A stretch of DNA of 64,000 nucleotides from Candidatus Eiseniibacteriota bacterium (GCA_965224245.1 OZ245046.1:5792001-5856000); one strand, 5' to 3'. Shown: positions 9,645 through 20,726, counted from the first letter of the stretch. Notes: a model not told the origin generated them from the sequence alone. Made by a program: numbers and translations.

Positions 9645-11504
9645 TTACTTCAGAAGCATCATCTTCCGCGACTGGGACACTCCGGCCGCCTTCAACGTGT
9701 AGAAGTACATCCCGGACGGGACGTCCATCCCCGCGTCGTCACGACCGTCCCAGACCACCGAGTGCGCACCCGGCGACTCGACGCCCGCGCGCAGCGAGCG
9801 CACGTGCTGCCCGGCCGCGCTGTACACGTCCAGGAGCACCATGCTCGCACGCTCGAGCTCGAACGAGATCGTGGTGCGCGGATTGAACGGGTTCGGGACG
9901 TTCTGGCCGAGCTGCGCCGGGCCCTGGGGCACCGCCGCCTCGTCCACGCCGACGACCGTGCCGCAGAAGTCGGCCGAGTCGTAGATCGACCGGGCCTGGG
10001 CCACGTTCGTCAGAAGATCGGCCTCGCTCGTTCCACCGGCGAGCACGAAGCTGGCCGTGGTCTCGGCGCCCGCCGACAGCGTGAAGTCGCCGGTGGCGAT
10101 CAGCAGGTTCACGTCGTCGTTGACGACGTCGGTCGACGTGAAGTCCGAGAACAGGTAGTCGGCCTTGTTCAGGTCGGACTGCGGATCGGACGACGTCAGG
10201 CCGCGGAACGTGGCGGTGCCCGCCGCGTTCAGCACGGCGACGCCCGCGCGGCGCGTCGTCGACGGATCGGAGATGATTCCGACCTCGTTGACGGCGTCCC
10301 AGGTCAGGGAGTTCGTCGCGAACACGTCGTTGAAGTCCCAGTCCATCAGCATGCCGACGCGCAGGTTCGAGATCGTCGCGCCCGAGACGTTCTTCAGCGT
10401 GAAGCAGACGATGACGAAGTCGTCGTTCGGCGCCGAGCTGTACGCGCTCATGGTGGACGTGACCTCGATGCCGTAGCCGCCGCTCTCGCCACGGTCATCG
10501 GCGTAGCGGGCCTGCTTGACGTCGTCGGCGGCCAGGCCACCGGCGGTGACCGGCGTGAGCTGGAAGAAGTCGTTGTCCTGACCGAACGCGCCCGCCTGGC
10601 GGTAGTCGCTCGACACGGACGAGGAGCCGTCGGTTCCGAAGATCAGCGCCGCCTCGTAGAGGTTCTGCGTGCCGATCGGATACTGGAACCCGCTGCCGAA
10701 CTGACCCGGCACCGACTCGCCCGAACCCGAGATGCCGATGTTGCCGGCATTCAGGATCGAGCTCTTCACGTTGCCGCCCGTGACGTCGCCATAGTCGAAC
10801 GGCACATAGTTGGAGTCGTAGAGCACGCGCCCGCCGGCCATGTCGTCGGAGTGAAGCGACGACAGCCCCACGTTGCATGCAGAGGCCGACGCGAACATCG
10901 TCGAGCCCGGCACCGAGGAGTGACCGAGACCGATGAAGTGACCGATCTCGTGAACGGCGATGCCGCGGATGTCGAACGTGTTGCCCGCGGGGCACGCGTC
11001 GGACATGCAGCCCGAGCCGACGTCCGCCAGCGTCCCGAAGCGCCACGACTTCGAGAACGTGATGTCGGATTCCATCTTGCCGCGCAGCTGGCGCGGCGTC
11101 CCGCCGTCGAAGGCCCAGGTCGGGTCGCCGCCGCCACCCCAGTCGATGGAGCTGGTGACCGCGATGCAGCTGCCCGTGCACTGGTTGAGGCAGTCCTCCA
11201 TCGAGATCGTGTTCTGGCCGTCGACCACGAGACCGCAGGCCGCCCCGTTGCCCGGAACGTCCTGGAACGACATCGTGGTGCCGGTGACCGCTTCCCAGGT
11301 CAAGAAGGCCTGGCGGACCTCCTCGTCCTCGTCGTCACCGGTGATGCAGGCCTCGTCGAGCGTGGTGTTGAAGACGTAGGGCACCGGGAAGATCGGGTTC
11401 TGCCACTTGTCGCCGATGAACGAGTAGGCCCCCGCCTTCTGGAGGCCGAACCCGACGAGCGTGACGGCCGCCACCGCGGTCACCGGAAGGAGTACGCGCT
11501 TCAC
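9645..11504 (-). CDS. Matrixin-like (M10 metzincin) metalloprotease with FlgD-Ig/T9SS-like C-terminus
   Basis: HEIGHFIGLGHS zinc motif and Met-turn STMFA; signal peptide; QNVPNPFNPRTTI...RKMMLLK. Confidence 0.85.
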   Translation of the reverse strand: MKRVLLPVTAVAAVTLVGFGLQKAGAYSFIGDKWQNPIFPVPYVFNTTLDEACITGDDEDEEVRQAFLTWEAVTGTTMSFQDVPGNGAACGLVVDGQNTISMEDCLNQCTGSCIAVTSSIDWGGGGDPTWAFDGGTPRQLRGKMESDITFSKSWRFGTLADVGSGCMSDACPAGNTFDIRGIAVHEIGHFIGLGHSSVPGSTMFASASACNVGLSSLHSDDMAGGRVLYDSNYVPFDYGDVTGGNVKSSILNAGNIGISGSGESVPGQFGSGFQYPIGTQNLYEAALIFGTDGSSSVSSDYRQAGAFGQDNDFFQLTPVTAGGLAADDVKQARYADDRGESGGYGIEVTSTMSAYSSAPNDDFVIVCFTLKNVSGATISNLRVGMLMDWDFNDVFATNSLTWDAVNEVGIISDPSTTRRAGVAVLNAAGTATFRGLTSSDPQSDLNKADYLFSDFTSTDVVNDDVNLLIATGDFTLSAGAETTASFVLAGGTSEADLLTNVAQARSIYDSADFCGTVVGVDEAAVPQGPAQLGQNVPNPFNPRTTISFELERASMVLLDVYSAAGQHVRSLRAGVESPGAHSVVWDGRDDAGMDVPSGMYFYTLKAAGVSQSRKMMLLK

Positions 11505-12100
11505 TGGTCACCTCCCGGGAGCGTCAGGCGATCGGCCCAGGCTTCGATCGTGGAGACGAAGCGCTCGTAGCTGCGGACGCCGGTGGACGGATTGATCGTG
11601 GAGTCGAGCTCGCCCTGCTGGCTCCGGTTGAACGCCTGCTCGACGTCGAGCGGACGGGTGACACGTAGAGCCCCGTCATCACCGGTCTCGACTGTGAACT
11701 TGCCCTGCGCGAACCCGTGGCAGCGATAGTTGTCGTTGACGATGTCCAGGAAGACGACGACGTCCTCGCCGACCTCGAACTCGGGCACCGACGGCACCGT
11801 GACGGTGACGCCGTTCGCCACGCCACCCAGCTCCTCGACCACGATCGTCGACGCGACGCCGTGGCCCTTGAAGACCTCGCCGACCTCGATCGTCACGTAC
11901 GTGTAAACGAACTGGTGCTCGTCGTGCCACTTCGCCTCGACCGCGGTCACGCGACCCTCCACGACCGCTTCCGAGAGGACGGTGAGCTCTTCGGTGCTCC
12001 GTCGGACCACCGTCGTGGCCAGGGTGGACTCGACGAGCGAGATCAACCCGAGGACCGTCGCGATGACCGCGGAGACGCATGTCAGTCTGCGTCCAACCAT
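11501..12100 (-). CDS. Secreted hypothetical protein, translationally coupled to the matrixin
   Basis: AGGAGG then ATG 12100; signal peptide ending TLA-TT; beta-rich core (AVVEGRV, TYVTIEV, PEFEVGEDVVVFL, QGKF); 4-nt GTGA overlap with the downstream gene. Confidence 0.8.
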   Translation of the reverse strand: MVGRRLTCVSAVIATVLGLISLVESTLATTVVRRSTEELTVLSEAVVEGRVTAVEAKWHDEHQFVYTYVTIEVGEVFKGHGVASTIVVEELGGVANGVTVTVPSVPEFEVGEDVVVFLDIVNDNYRCHGFAQGKFTVETGDDGALRVTRPLDVEQAFNRSQQGELDSTINPSTGVRSYERFVSTIEAWADRLTLPGGDQ

Positions 12101-12652
12101 TGTGCCTCCTGATGGATTGTTCGAGATGCCGTGGCGGCAGCCCCCGAACGCGGACGTACGCCCACGCTCAGGCACACCGGTAGCCGCTCTCGACTACGGG
12201 CCACCATCCATGGCGCGAGACCTTTGGGGGATCGACCGCCATCAGTCTACGCGACATCGGCACATTCGACCAGCTCGACTCGTCCGGGGTCCGATCGAAC
12301 GTCCGGATTCGGACGCCGTGTCCCCGGGCCGACGGGGTGGCCGTGATCGACCGATCGATCGACGACGACGCGAGAGTGACTCGAACGCTCATTCCGGTCC
12401 GACGAGATCGCGACGGCCCGACCCGTCGAGACGAGGCGGCCCGGTGCGCCGACGCGCCGGTCACCCGCGCAACACACGGTGGATGAGGGAGCTAGCCGTC
12501 GAGGTGATTCAGCGGCCCCGGACGTGAGGCCTGGCCCCATTGTTGCGACCGATGAGCACCGGTCACGTGGGCGGCGATGGACTTTCGCCGGAGGCGGGAA
12601 TGGAGGCGTGCCGAACGGTAGGTCTCTCCGGGGCGTTCTCGCTTCCGGCGAC

Positions 12653-13111
12653 TCACTCCTCCAGGACGTCGCGCAGGTCGACGAGCTGGATCCCGAGCGC
12701 GTCGGCGAGCTCCAGCGCCCGCTCGTCGCGATAGAACTCGCCGTAGAAGATGCGCGTGATGCCGGAGTTCGCGATGAGCTTGAAGCAGCTCCAGCACGGA
12801 CTGGCCGTCGTGTAGATGTCGGCGCCCTGGATGGCCACCCCGTTCGTCGCGGCCTGACAGATTGCGTTCGCCTCGGCGTGCACGGTCCGGACGCAGTGGC
12901 CGGACTCCATCATGTGGCCGGCCTCGTCACAGTGGGGGAGTCCTCTGATCGATCCGTTGTAGCCGGTCGACAGGATCGTGCGATCGCGCACGATCACGGC
13001 GCCCACGTGCTTGCGATCGCACGTGGCGCGTGTGGCGACCTGGTGGGCGATGTTCATGAAGTACTCGTGCCACGACACGCGCGTCGCGGCGGGTGACTTG
13101 GGGTTCCCCAT
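12653..13111 (-). CDS. dCMP deaminase (ComEB family)
   Basis: SWHEYFM, RATCDRKHVGAVIV, TGYNG, HAEANAI and SPCWSC zinc motifs. Confidence 0.92.
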   Translation of the reverse strand: MGNPKSPAATRVSWHEYFMNIAHQVATRATCDRKHVGAVIVRDRTILSTGYNGSIRGLPHCDEAGHMMESGHCVRTVHAEANAICQAATNGVAIQGADIYTTASPCWSCFKLIANSGITRIFYGEFYRDERALELADALGIQLVDLRDVLEE

Positions 13112-13234
13112 GCGTGTGGTCTCCAGGAGCGGCTCCGGCGCGACCGACGTGGTGCGCGCCGGATGAATGGTAGCGCGACGCGGCGCCGTCGCCAATCGCA
13201 CTCCGAGCGAGTAGACTGACTGCGGAGGACTCCC

Positions 13235-14299
13235 ATGAGCGTCGAGCCCGGATCGCAGGCGGTGAGTGAGCGCGCGTTCATCCGCGAGATGGCGCGCCGG
13301 ATCGAGTCGGCGTCGCGCGGAAGCCCCGTCCGACACGCCGTCGACCCCGTCCGCATCGGTGTCGGCGATGACGCGGCCGTGCTGCGAGTAGTCGACACCG
13401 ATCTCGTGGTCTCGGTCGACGCCAGCATCGAGGGCGTTCACTTTCGACGGAGCTGGTTCTCCTGGGACGACGTCGGCTACCGGGCGATGGCGTCGGCGCT
13501 CAGCGACCTGGCGGCCATGGGCGCCGAGCCCGCGTGGGCGCTGACGGTGGTCGGACTGCCCGACGGCTTCTCCGAGTCCGACGCACGGGCGCTGGCCGCC
13601 GGCATCGTCGGTGCCGCGAGCGAGTTCGGCGCGCATCTCGTGGGCGGCGACACGACGCGCTCACCGGTCGTGACGCTGGCAGTGACCGTGGCGGGGACTC
13701 CGTTCGGCGAGGTCGCCACGCGCGCCGGTGCGAGGCCCGGAGATCGGCTCGTGGTGTCGCGGTCGCTCGGCGCGTCGGCGGCGGCGGTGGCCTGGCTCTC
13801 GCGACCCGACGCGGATCGTCCCCGGAGTGTCGAGCGCGAGGCCGCATCCGTCCTCGGTGCGTACGCGCGCTTCCAGCCGGAGTTCGACTGGGCTCGGCGC
13901 GCGGTGTCGAGCGGCGTCTCGGCCATGATCGACGTCTCGGACGGCGTGCTCATCGACGCGGGACACCTGGCCGAGTGCTCCGATCTGATCGTCGTCGTCG
14001 ACGCGGCACGGGTACCGGTCCACCCCGACGCGGAGCGCGTGCTCGACGCGCTCGGGCTCGAGCCCGGTCGGGAGGCGCTGCGATCCGGCGAGGAGTACGC
14101 ACTCCTCGCCGCGGTTCCGGGCGACGCCGGGCCGCACTCGCACCCGCCGCCGGGCCTCGTGCTCGGCGAGTTCGTCGCGGCGCCGTGGCACGGCTTCGAC
14201 GCCGCGCAGGGCCGCGTGCTCATCCGATCCACGGACGGGGCGATCGAGCGGCCTCACGACGTCGGGTGGTCGCATTTCGGGGACTCCACGACCGGGTGA
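13235..14299 (+). CDS. thiL: Thiamine-monophosphate kinase
   Basis: GVGDDAA, EGVHF, SDLAAMGA, GGDT, IDVSDG and GEEYALL. Confidence 0.93.
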   Translation: MSVEPGSQAVSERAFIREMARRIESASRGSPVRHAVDPVRIGVGDDAAVLRVVDTDLVVSVDASIEGVHFRRSWFSWDDVGYRAMASALSDLAAMGAEPAWALTVVGLPDGFSESDARALAAGIVGAASEFGAHLVGGDTTRSPVVTLAVTVAGTPFGEVATRAGARPGDRLVVSRSLGASAAAVAWLSRPDADRPRSVEREAASVLGAYARFQPEFDWARRAVSSGVSAMIDVSDGVLIDAGHLAECSDLIVVVDAARVPVHPDAERVLDALGLEPGREALRSGEEYALLAAVPGDAGPHSHPPPGLVLGEFVAAPWHGFDAAQGRVLIRSTDGAIERPHDVGWSHFGDSTTG

Positions 14300-14335
14300 C
14301 CGCGGCTGGGTCCTGGACGGAGGCCTAGACGCAGC

Positions 14336-15154
14336 CTAGCGGGAGGTTCCCGAGAGCCCGCTACGCTGGAGCACGTCGCGCAGCCACGGGGCGGAGGGCT
14401 TGTCGGACTTCGTCGTCCCCAGCACCTCGCTGAGGTAGCTGCGAAGCTCGGCGGCGTTCTTCATGCGCGTCATCTCGCCCTCGGATGTCACCGAGATGCG
14501 GCCGCTCTCCTCGGACACGACGACGATCACGGCATCGGACTCCTCGCTGAGGCCCAGCGCCGCACGGTGCCGGGTTCCGAGGGCCCGTCCGGGGTAGCGC
14601 GCGTTGGAGAGGGGCAGGATGCAGCGCGCGGCCGAGATCTGGTTGCCCACGATGATCACCGCGCCGTCGTGCAGCGGACTCTGTGTGTTGAAGATCGACA
14701 GGAGGAGCTCCTGCGTGACGTCCGAGTGGAGCGCGACCCCGGTCTCCAGATAGTTCCGGAGGCCCACGCCGCGCTCGATGACGATGATGCCGCCGACGCG
14801 GCGCTTGCTCATGGCCTCGGCCGCGCTGACGAGGTGTCCGACGACCCCGAACGACTCGGTCCGGACGAATCGCCGGAAGACACGCGACTGACCGATCTGC
14901 GCGAGCGCCCGCCGGAGCTCCGGCTGGAAGATGATGATGAAGCCGATGATCCAGACCGTCTTCAGGCTCGACAGGAGCCAGTTGAGCGTGTCCAGCCGGG
15001 CCCAGTCGGCGAGCACGCTGACCACCGCCAGCGCCGCGAGCCCCACGATCATCTGTGCCGCGCGCGTCCCCTGCACGAGGAGCAGCACGCGATAGAACAG
15101 GAACGCCACCAGGAAGATGTCGACGACTCGGAGCGCCCACTCCCGCCAGGTCAC
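14336..15154 (-). CDS. cdaA: Membrane diadenylate cyclase CdaA/DacA
   Basis: Three N-terminal hydrophobic helices; FQPELRRAL; catalytic HDGA and GTRHRAALG; VSEESG. Confidence 0.93.
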   Translation of the reverse strand: MTWREWALRVVDIFLVAFLFYRVLLLVQGTRAAQMIVGLAALAVVSVLADWARLDTLNWLLSSLKTVWIIGFIIIFQPELRRALAQIGQSRVFRRFVRTESFGVVGHLVSAAEAMSKRRVGGIIVIERGVGLRNYLETGVALHSDVTQELLLSIFNTQSPLHDGAVIIVGNQISAARCILPLSNARYPGRALGTRHRAALGLSEESDAVIVVVSEESGRISVTSEGEMTRMKNAAELRSYLSEVLGTTKSDKPSAPWLRDVLQRSGLSGTSR

Positions 15155-16071
15155 GAGCTCACCCCCGCGTTCGGGGCCACGCCGATGCCCGGGGCGGCCG
15201 GACGTGCGCCGGCGGATCGATCCGTGTCCCGATGCCGGCCCAGCGCGTCCGCGACCCGGATCGCACGGACCGTTTCCGCCACGTCGTGGACGCGAAGCAC
15301 GTCGACGCCGAGGAACGCGGCGACGGAGGCCGCGGCCAGGCTCGCCTCGAGCCGCTCGTCCACTCCCGCGCCCCCGAGGAGCGGGTCGAACATCGACTTC
15401 CGGGAGGCACCGATCAGAAGCGGTCGCTCGAGCGCGGCGAACGCGTCGGCGTTGGCGATCAGGCGGAGGTTGTGGGCGAGGGTCTTTCCGAAGCCGATGC
15501 CGGGGTCGAGCACGATGCGTTCCCGGTCGATCCCGGCGGCGTCGGTTTGCGCCAGGACGCTCCGGAAGAACGCGGCCACGGCCTCGACCACGTCGGCGTA
15601 CGCGGGGTCGTCCTGCATCGTGGCCGGCGTACCGCGCATGTGCATCACCACGAGCCCGCCGGGCGTGCCGGCCACCGTGTCCAGCATGGCCGGGTCACCC
15701 CGCAACGCGCTAACGTCGTTGACGATCGATGCCCCGCGCTCGAGGGCGGCCGCCGCCACCACGGCCTTCTGGGTGTCGACGCTGATCGGCACGTCGGTGG
15801 TCGCGGCCAGCGCCTCGATCACGGGCAGGACCCGATCGAGCTCCTCACGAGCGGGGACCGGGCGAGCGCCCGGGCGGGTGCTCTCCCCGCCCACGTCGAG
15901 GATGTCGGCGCCGGCCCGGACGAGGCGGTGTCCGGCGGCCACCGCGTCCTCGAGCGACACGAAACGACCCCCGTCCGAGAAGGAGTCGGGGGTCACGTTC
16001 AGGATGCCCATGACCAGGGTCCGGTTGCCGAGGATCAGGTCGCGATCCGTGAGCTTCCATGTCCTGCTCAT
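15151..16071 (-). CDS. folP: Dihydropteroate synthase
   Basis: MGILNVTPDSFSDGG, GGESTRPG, DPGIGFGK, SRK and RVHDV. Confidence 0.96.
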   Translation of the reverse strand: MSRTWKLTDRDLILGNRTLVMGILNVTPDSFSDGGRFVSLEDAVAAGHRLVRAGADILDVGGESTRPGARPVPAREELDRVLPVIEALAATTDVPISVDTQKAVVAAAALERGASIVNDVSALRGDPAMLDTVAGTPGGLVVMHMRGTPATMQDDPAYADVVEAVAAFFRSVLAQTDAAGIDRERIVLDPGIGFGKTLAHNLRLIANADAFAALERPLLIGASRKSMFDPLLGGAGVDERLEASLAAASVAAFLGVDVLRVHDVAETVRAIRVADALGRHRDTDRSAGARPAAPGIGVAPNAGVSS

Positions 16072-16130
16072 GCCCGGGAGCCTCGTGTCGTATCAGCGCC
16101 GCCGCCCGGGGCGCGCCCGGGCGACGTCGG

Positions 16131-18212
<2,082 letters not shown>

Positions 18213-18221
18213 TCTCGTCCC

Positions 18222-18809
18222 TCACTCGCGAGTGTGCGTCGGCACTGGCTCGTCGCCGGTTTCCCACAGTGCGACGTAGGGAAGGTGGCGATACTTCTGC
18301 CGGTAGTCCATGCCGTAGCCGACGACGAACTCGTCCGTCAGCTGGAACCCCACGTAGCGGATCGGGAAGTAGAACTTCCGCTCCGTGCGGCGATTGAACA
18401 TCGTAGCGATGGAGACCGAACGGGGATGGCTCAGCTCCAGGTAGTTCAGAACGTACTTCAGGGTGTATCCGGTTCCAACGATTCCCTCCACGACGATGAC
18501 GTCGCGTCCTTCGATGGGTACCTGGACATCGGCCAGAATCTTCACCGGATTGTGCACCGCCGCGCCGGGGTCGAACGGGGGGCGGTACACGGCGATGAAA
18601 TCGATCGCGTGCGGGATCGTCAGTGAGCGCACGAGATCGGACAGGAACACGAACCCGCCCCGGAGGACCGCGATCAGGACGGGACTCGAGTCCGCGTAGT
18701 CCTCGTTGATCTGCACGGCGAGCTCGGACGCTCGCCTCCGCAACGCGTCTTCGGAGTGGAGGATGCGGTCCTCGCCGACGTTGATGATCAGGTCTTCCTT
18801 AGGAGGCAT
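18222..18809 (-). CDS. hpt: Hypoxanthine phosphoribosyltransferase homolog (divergent PRPP loop)
   Basis: VLRGGFVFLSDL and FVVGYGMDY..YRHLPY; located between tilS and ftsH. PRPP loop reads VVEGIVGTG. Confidence 0.85.
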   Translation of the reverse strand: MPPKEDLIINVGEDRILHSEDALRRRASELAVQINEDYADSSPVLIAVLRGGFVFLSDLVRSLTIPHAIDFIAVYRPPFDPGAAVHNPVKILADVQVPIEGRDVIVVEGIVGTGYTLKYVLNYLELSHPRSVSIATMFNRRTERKFYFPIRYVGFQLTDEFVVGYGMDYRQKYRHLPYVALWETGDEPVPTHTRE

Positions 18810-20331
18810 CGTCGTTCGTTCTCGCTTCTGAAGTCCGATCGATCCCGAGGGTCTCGGCGGTCACCTCGACCACGCGCTCGGTCCGCCGTGTGACCGGGGC
18901 CCGCGCCGAGCGCCTGAGCCCGACCACCCAGAGGATACCGCGTCCGTCACTCAAGATCGGCACTCGGTGTCGCTCCGCGACCGGCACCCGCGCCTCGCCG
19001 AAGAGATCGCTCAGCTTCCGCCGGCCGGGTCCCCCGAAAGGTCGAAACCGATCACCAAAGCGCCAGCTGCGAACCTCCAGGGGGGGCTCCAGATCGTCCG
19101 CGTCGAACACGGCCTCCCTCCGGCCATCCAGGGAGACGACCGGTGGATCGGCACCGGAGCCCCCGGGCTGCCGCGCGACGTGCTCGGTCTCGGAGATCGG
19201 TCGCGTCCGGACGGTTAGACTCACCTTGGCCCACTGGAGATCCACGCGAGTCGGACCGGGCAGATCCAGGCGGCACGTCGCCGGAACGGGCCGAACGCGG
19301 TTCGGTCGGTCGGCGGTGCGACGGCGTACGGAAAGGCACTCGGAATCGGCGATGGCCACGACATCCCCGGGCAAATGGCACTCGCCGACCTGCCACAGCA
19401 GCTGATCGAGCGTCAGCACGTGCCGGCGTGCGAGATGGCGACGGCCTCCCCGAACCCGTTCGTAGGCCGTTCGCAGCGCAACTCGTCTAATGACCGCATG
19501 ATACGAACGCAGGGTCGCCTTGCCAACCCGGATCTCACACACGTCGGGGGCTCCGGGCCGGACCGGTGGCCGGGAGGGGGGCTCCTGGCCCGGACCCGCG
19601 TGCACGACGGCCCGTTCGAGGGCCTCGTTGCCGCACTCCGAGAGCCAGGCCGTGGTCTCGGCCGCGTCGTCGGCCAGCCGGCAGAGCGCGTCGGTGACCC
19701 GGGGGTTGAGGTGGATGGCCAGCGCCGGCAGGACGATGTGTCGCACGCGATTGCGGCGGTAGCGGAGCTCAGCGTTCGACGAATCCTCGACCCAGCCGAG
19801 ACCCTCGGACTCGAGCCAGGCCCGCACGTCGGCCCTGGACACCGCCAGCAGGGGACGAATCAGCCGGCCGCCACGGCTGACCGGGGCCATCGCGGCCAGT
19901 CCGGCCAGGGAGGTGCCGGCCGCCATTCGGAGGATCACCGTCTCCGCCTGGTCGTCCCGGGTGTGGGCGAGCGCGATCCGGTTGGCCCCGACGGCGCCGG
20001 CGGTCTCGGTGAGGAACTCGAGGCGGAGGACGCGCAGCCGCTCCTCCGGCGAGCCGCCGGACCGAGCCGGGGGACGCCGGCCCGCGAGGAGCGGCACGCC
20101 GAGGTCGGCTGCGAGCTGTTCGACCGCCCGCTGATCTCGCTCGGACTCGGCGCCTCGGAGCTCGTGATTGACGTGGGCCAGGCTCAGCGCGAACGCGAGC
20201 TCGCCGGCCAGGCGAGCGAGGGCGTGGGCGAGGGCAGTGGAATCGGCACCCCCGGAGACCGCGCACAGCACGTGATCGCCGGCGGCGGGAAGCCCGTGCG
20301 CTCGGCACCACCGTCGAACGCTGGTCAACAT
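18799..20331 (-). CDS. tilS: tRNA(Ile)-lysidine synthetase
   Basis: AVSGGADS PP-loop, HVNHELRG, AHTRDDQAET, IRPLL, DSSN, RNRVRH; TilS C-terminal GDRF...KLSDLF. Start approximate. Confidence 0.95.
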   Translation of the reverse strand: MLTSVRRWCRAHGLPAAGDHVLCAVSGGADSTALAHALARLAGELAFALSLAHVNHELRGAESERDQRAVEQLAADLGVPLLAGRRPPARSGGSPEERLRVLRLEFLTETAGAVGANRIALAHTRDDQAETVILRMAAGTSLAGLAAMAPVSRGGRLIRPLLAVSRADVRAWLESEGLGWVEDSSNAELRYRRNRVRHIVLPALAIHLNPRVTDALCRLADDAAETTAWLSECGNEALERAVVHAGPGQEPPSRPPVRPGAPDVCEIRVGKATLRSYHAVIRRVALRTAYERVRGGRRHLARRHVLTLDQLLWQVGECHLPGDVVAIADSECLSVRRRTADRPNRVRPVPATCRLDLPGPTRVDLQWAKVSLTVRTRPISETEHVARQPGGSGADPPVVSLDGRREAVFDADDLEPPLEVRSWRFGDRFRPFGGPGRRKLSDLFGEARVPVAERHRVPILSDGRGILWVVGLRRSARAPVTRRTERVVEVTAETLGIDRTSEARTNDDAS

Positions 20332-20443
20332 CGCGGTCACCCAGCAGGGTTGGGCACCCTGAGACCGACCCCGCCGGAGTCGCCCGGCGGCACCCATGGA
20401 ACGAGGTCCGATCGGCCCGGGGACGAGGACGGTGGACGGGAAA

Positions 20444-20520
20444 TGGTGCCGGAGCAGGGATTCGAACCCCGGACACGCGGATTATGATTCCGCTGCTCTA
20501 ACCAACTGAGCTACTCCGGC
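20444..20520 (-). tRNA. tRNA with CAU anticodon, most likely elongator tRNA-Met
   Basis: GCCGGAGTAGCTCAGTTGGTTAGAGCAGCGGAATCATAATCCGCGTGTCCGGGGTTCGAATCCCTGCTCCGGCACCA: full cloverleaf, encoded CCA, G1-C72 paired (not an initiator). Confidence 0.95.
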
Positions 20521-20585
20521 ACGCCAAGGCCCCGTGGCGTCGTCACCGCAGGCCCGCGCGAGCGGTCGGAATCACGGGGTCGCGG

Positions 20586-20615
20586 AATCTAGAAGCCGCC
20601 GGCATCGCGTGTCAA
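20586..20615 (-). promoter_or_regulatory. Sigma-70-like promoter for the tRNA-tilS-hpt-ftsH-folP-cdaA unit
   Basis: TTGACA-N18-TAGATT on the minus strand. Confidence 0.6.
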
Positions 20616-20697
20616 GCGCGGCCACGATGCGGCCGCATCCGCGGGCGCGGTCGGCGGAGACGGACTCGACCCGTCCACGGCAGGCGCGCGCCGGCCG

Positions 20698-20726
20698 TTG
20701 ACGACCAGAATCGCGTCTCCTATACT
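20698..20726 (+). promoter_or_regulatory. Sigma-70-like promoter for the OMP gene (possibly extending into guaB)
   Basis: TTGACG-N17-TATACT. Confidence 0.65.

Noticed and set aside
6500-11570. Very long plus-strand ORFs antisense to the proteases (e.g. 6500-9886, 9597-11570), and similar shadows across the window
   Set aside because: Arg/Gly/Val-rich, motif-free translations typical of stop-poor antisense frames in high-GC DNA; the opposite strand carries clear catalytic motifs.
13111-13235. TPP riboswitch upstream of thiL
   Set aside because: The short divergent gap lacks the conserved TPP motifs (CTGAGA, ACCTGA).
20444-20520. tRNA as an integration site for an island
   Set aside because: No integrase and no duplicated tRNA 3' end seen; both flanks are housekeeping genes.
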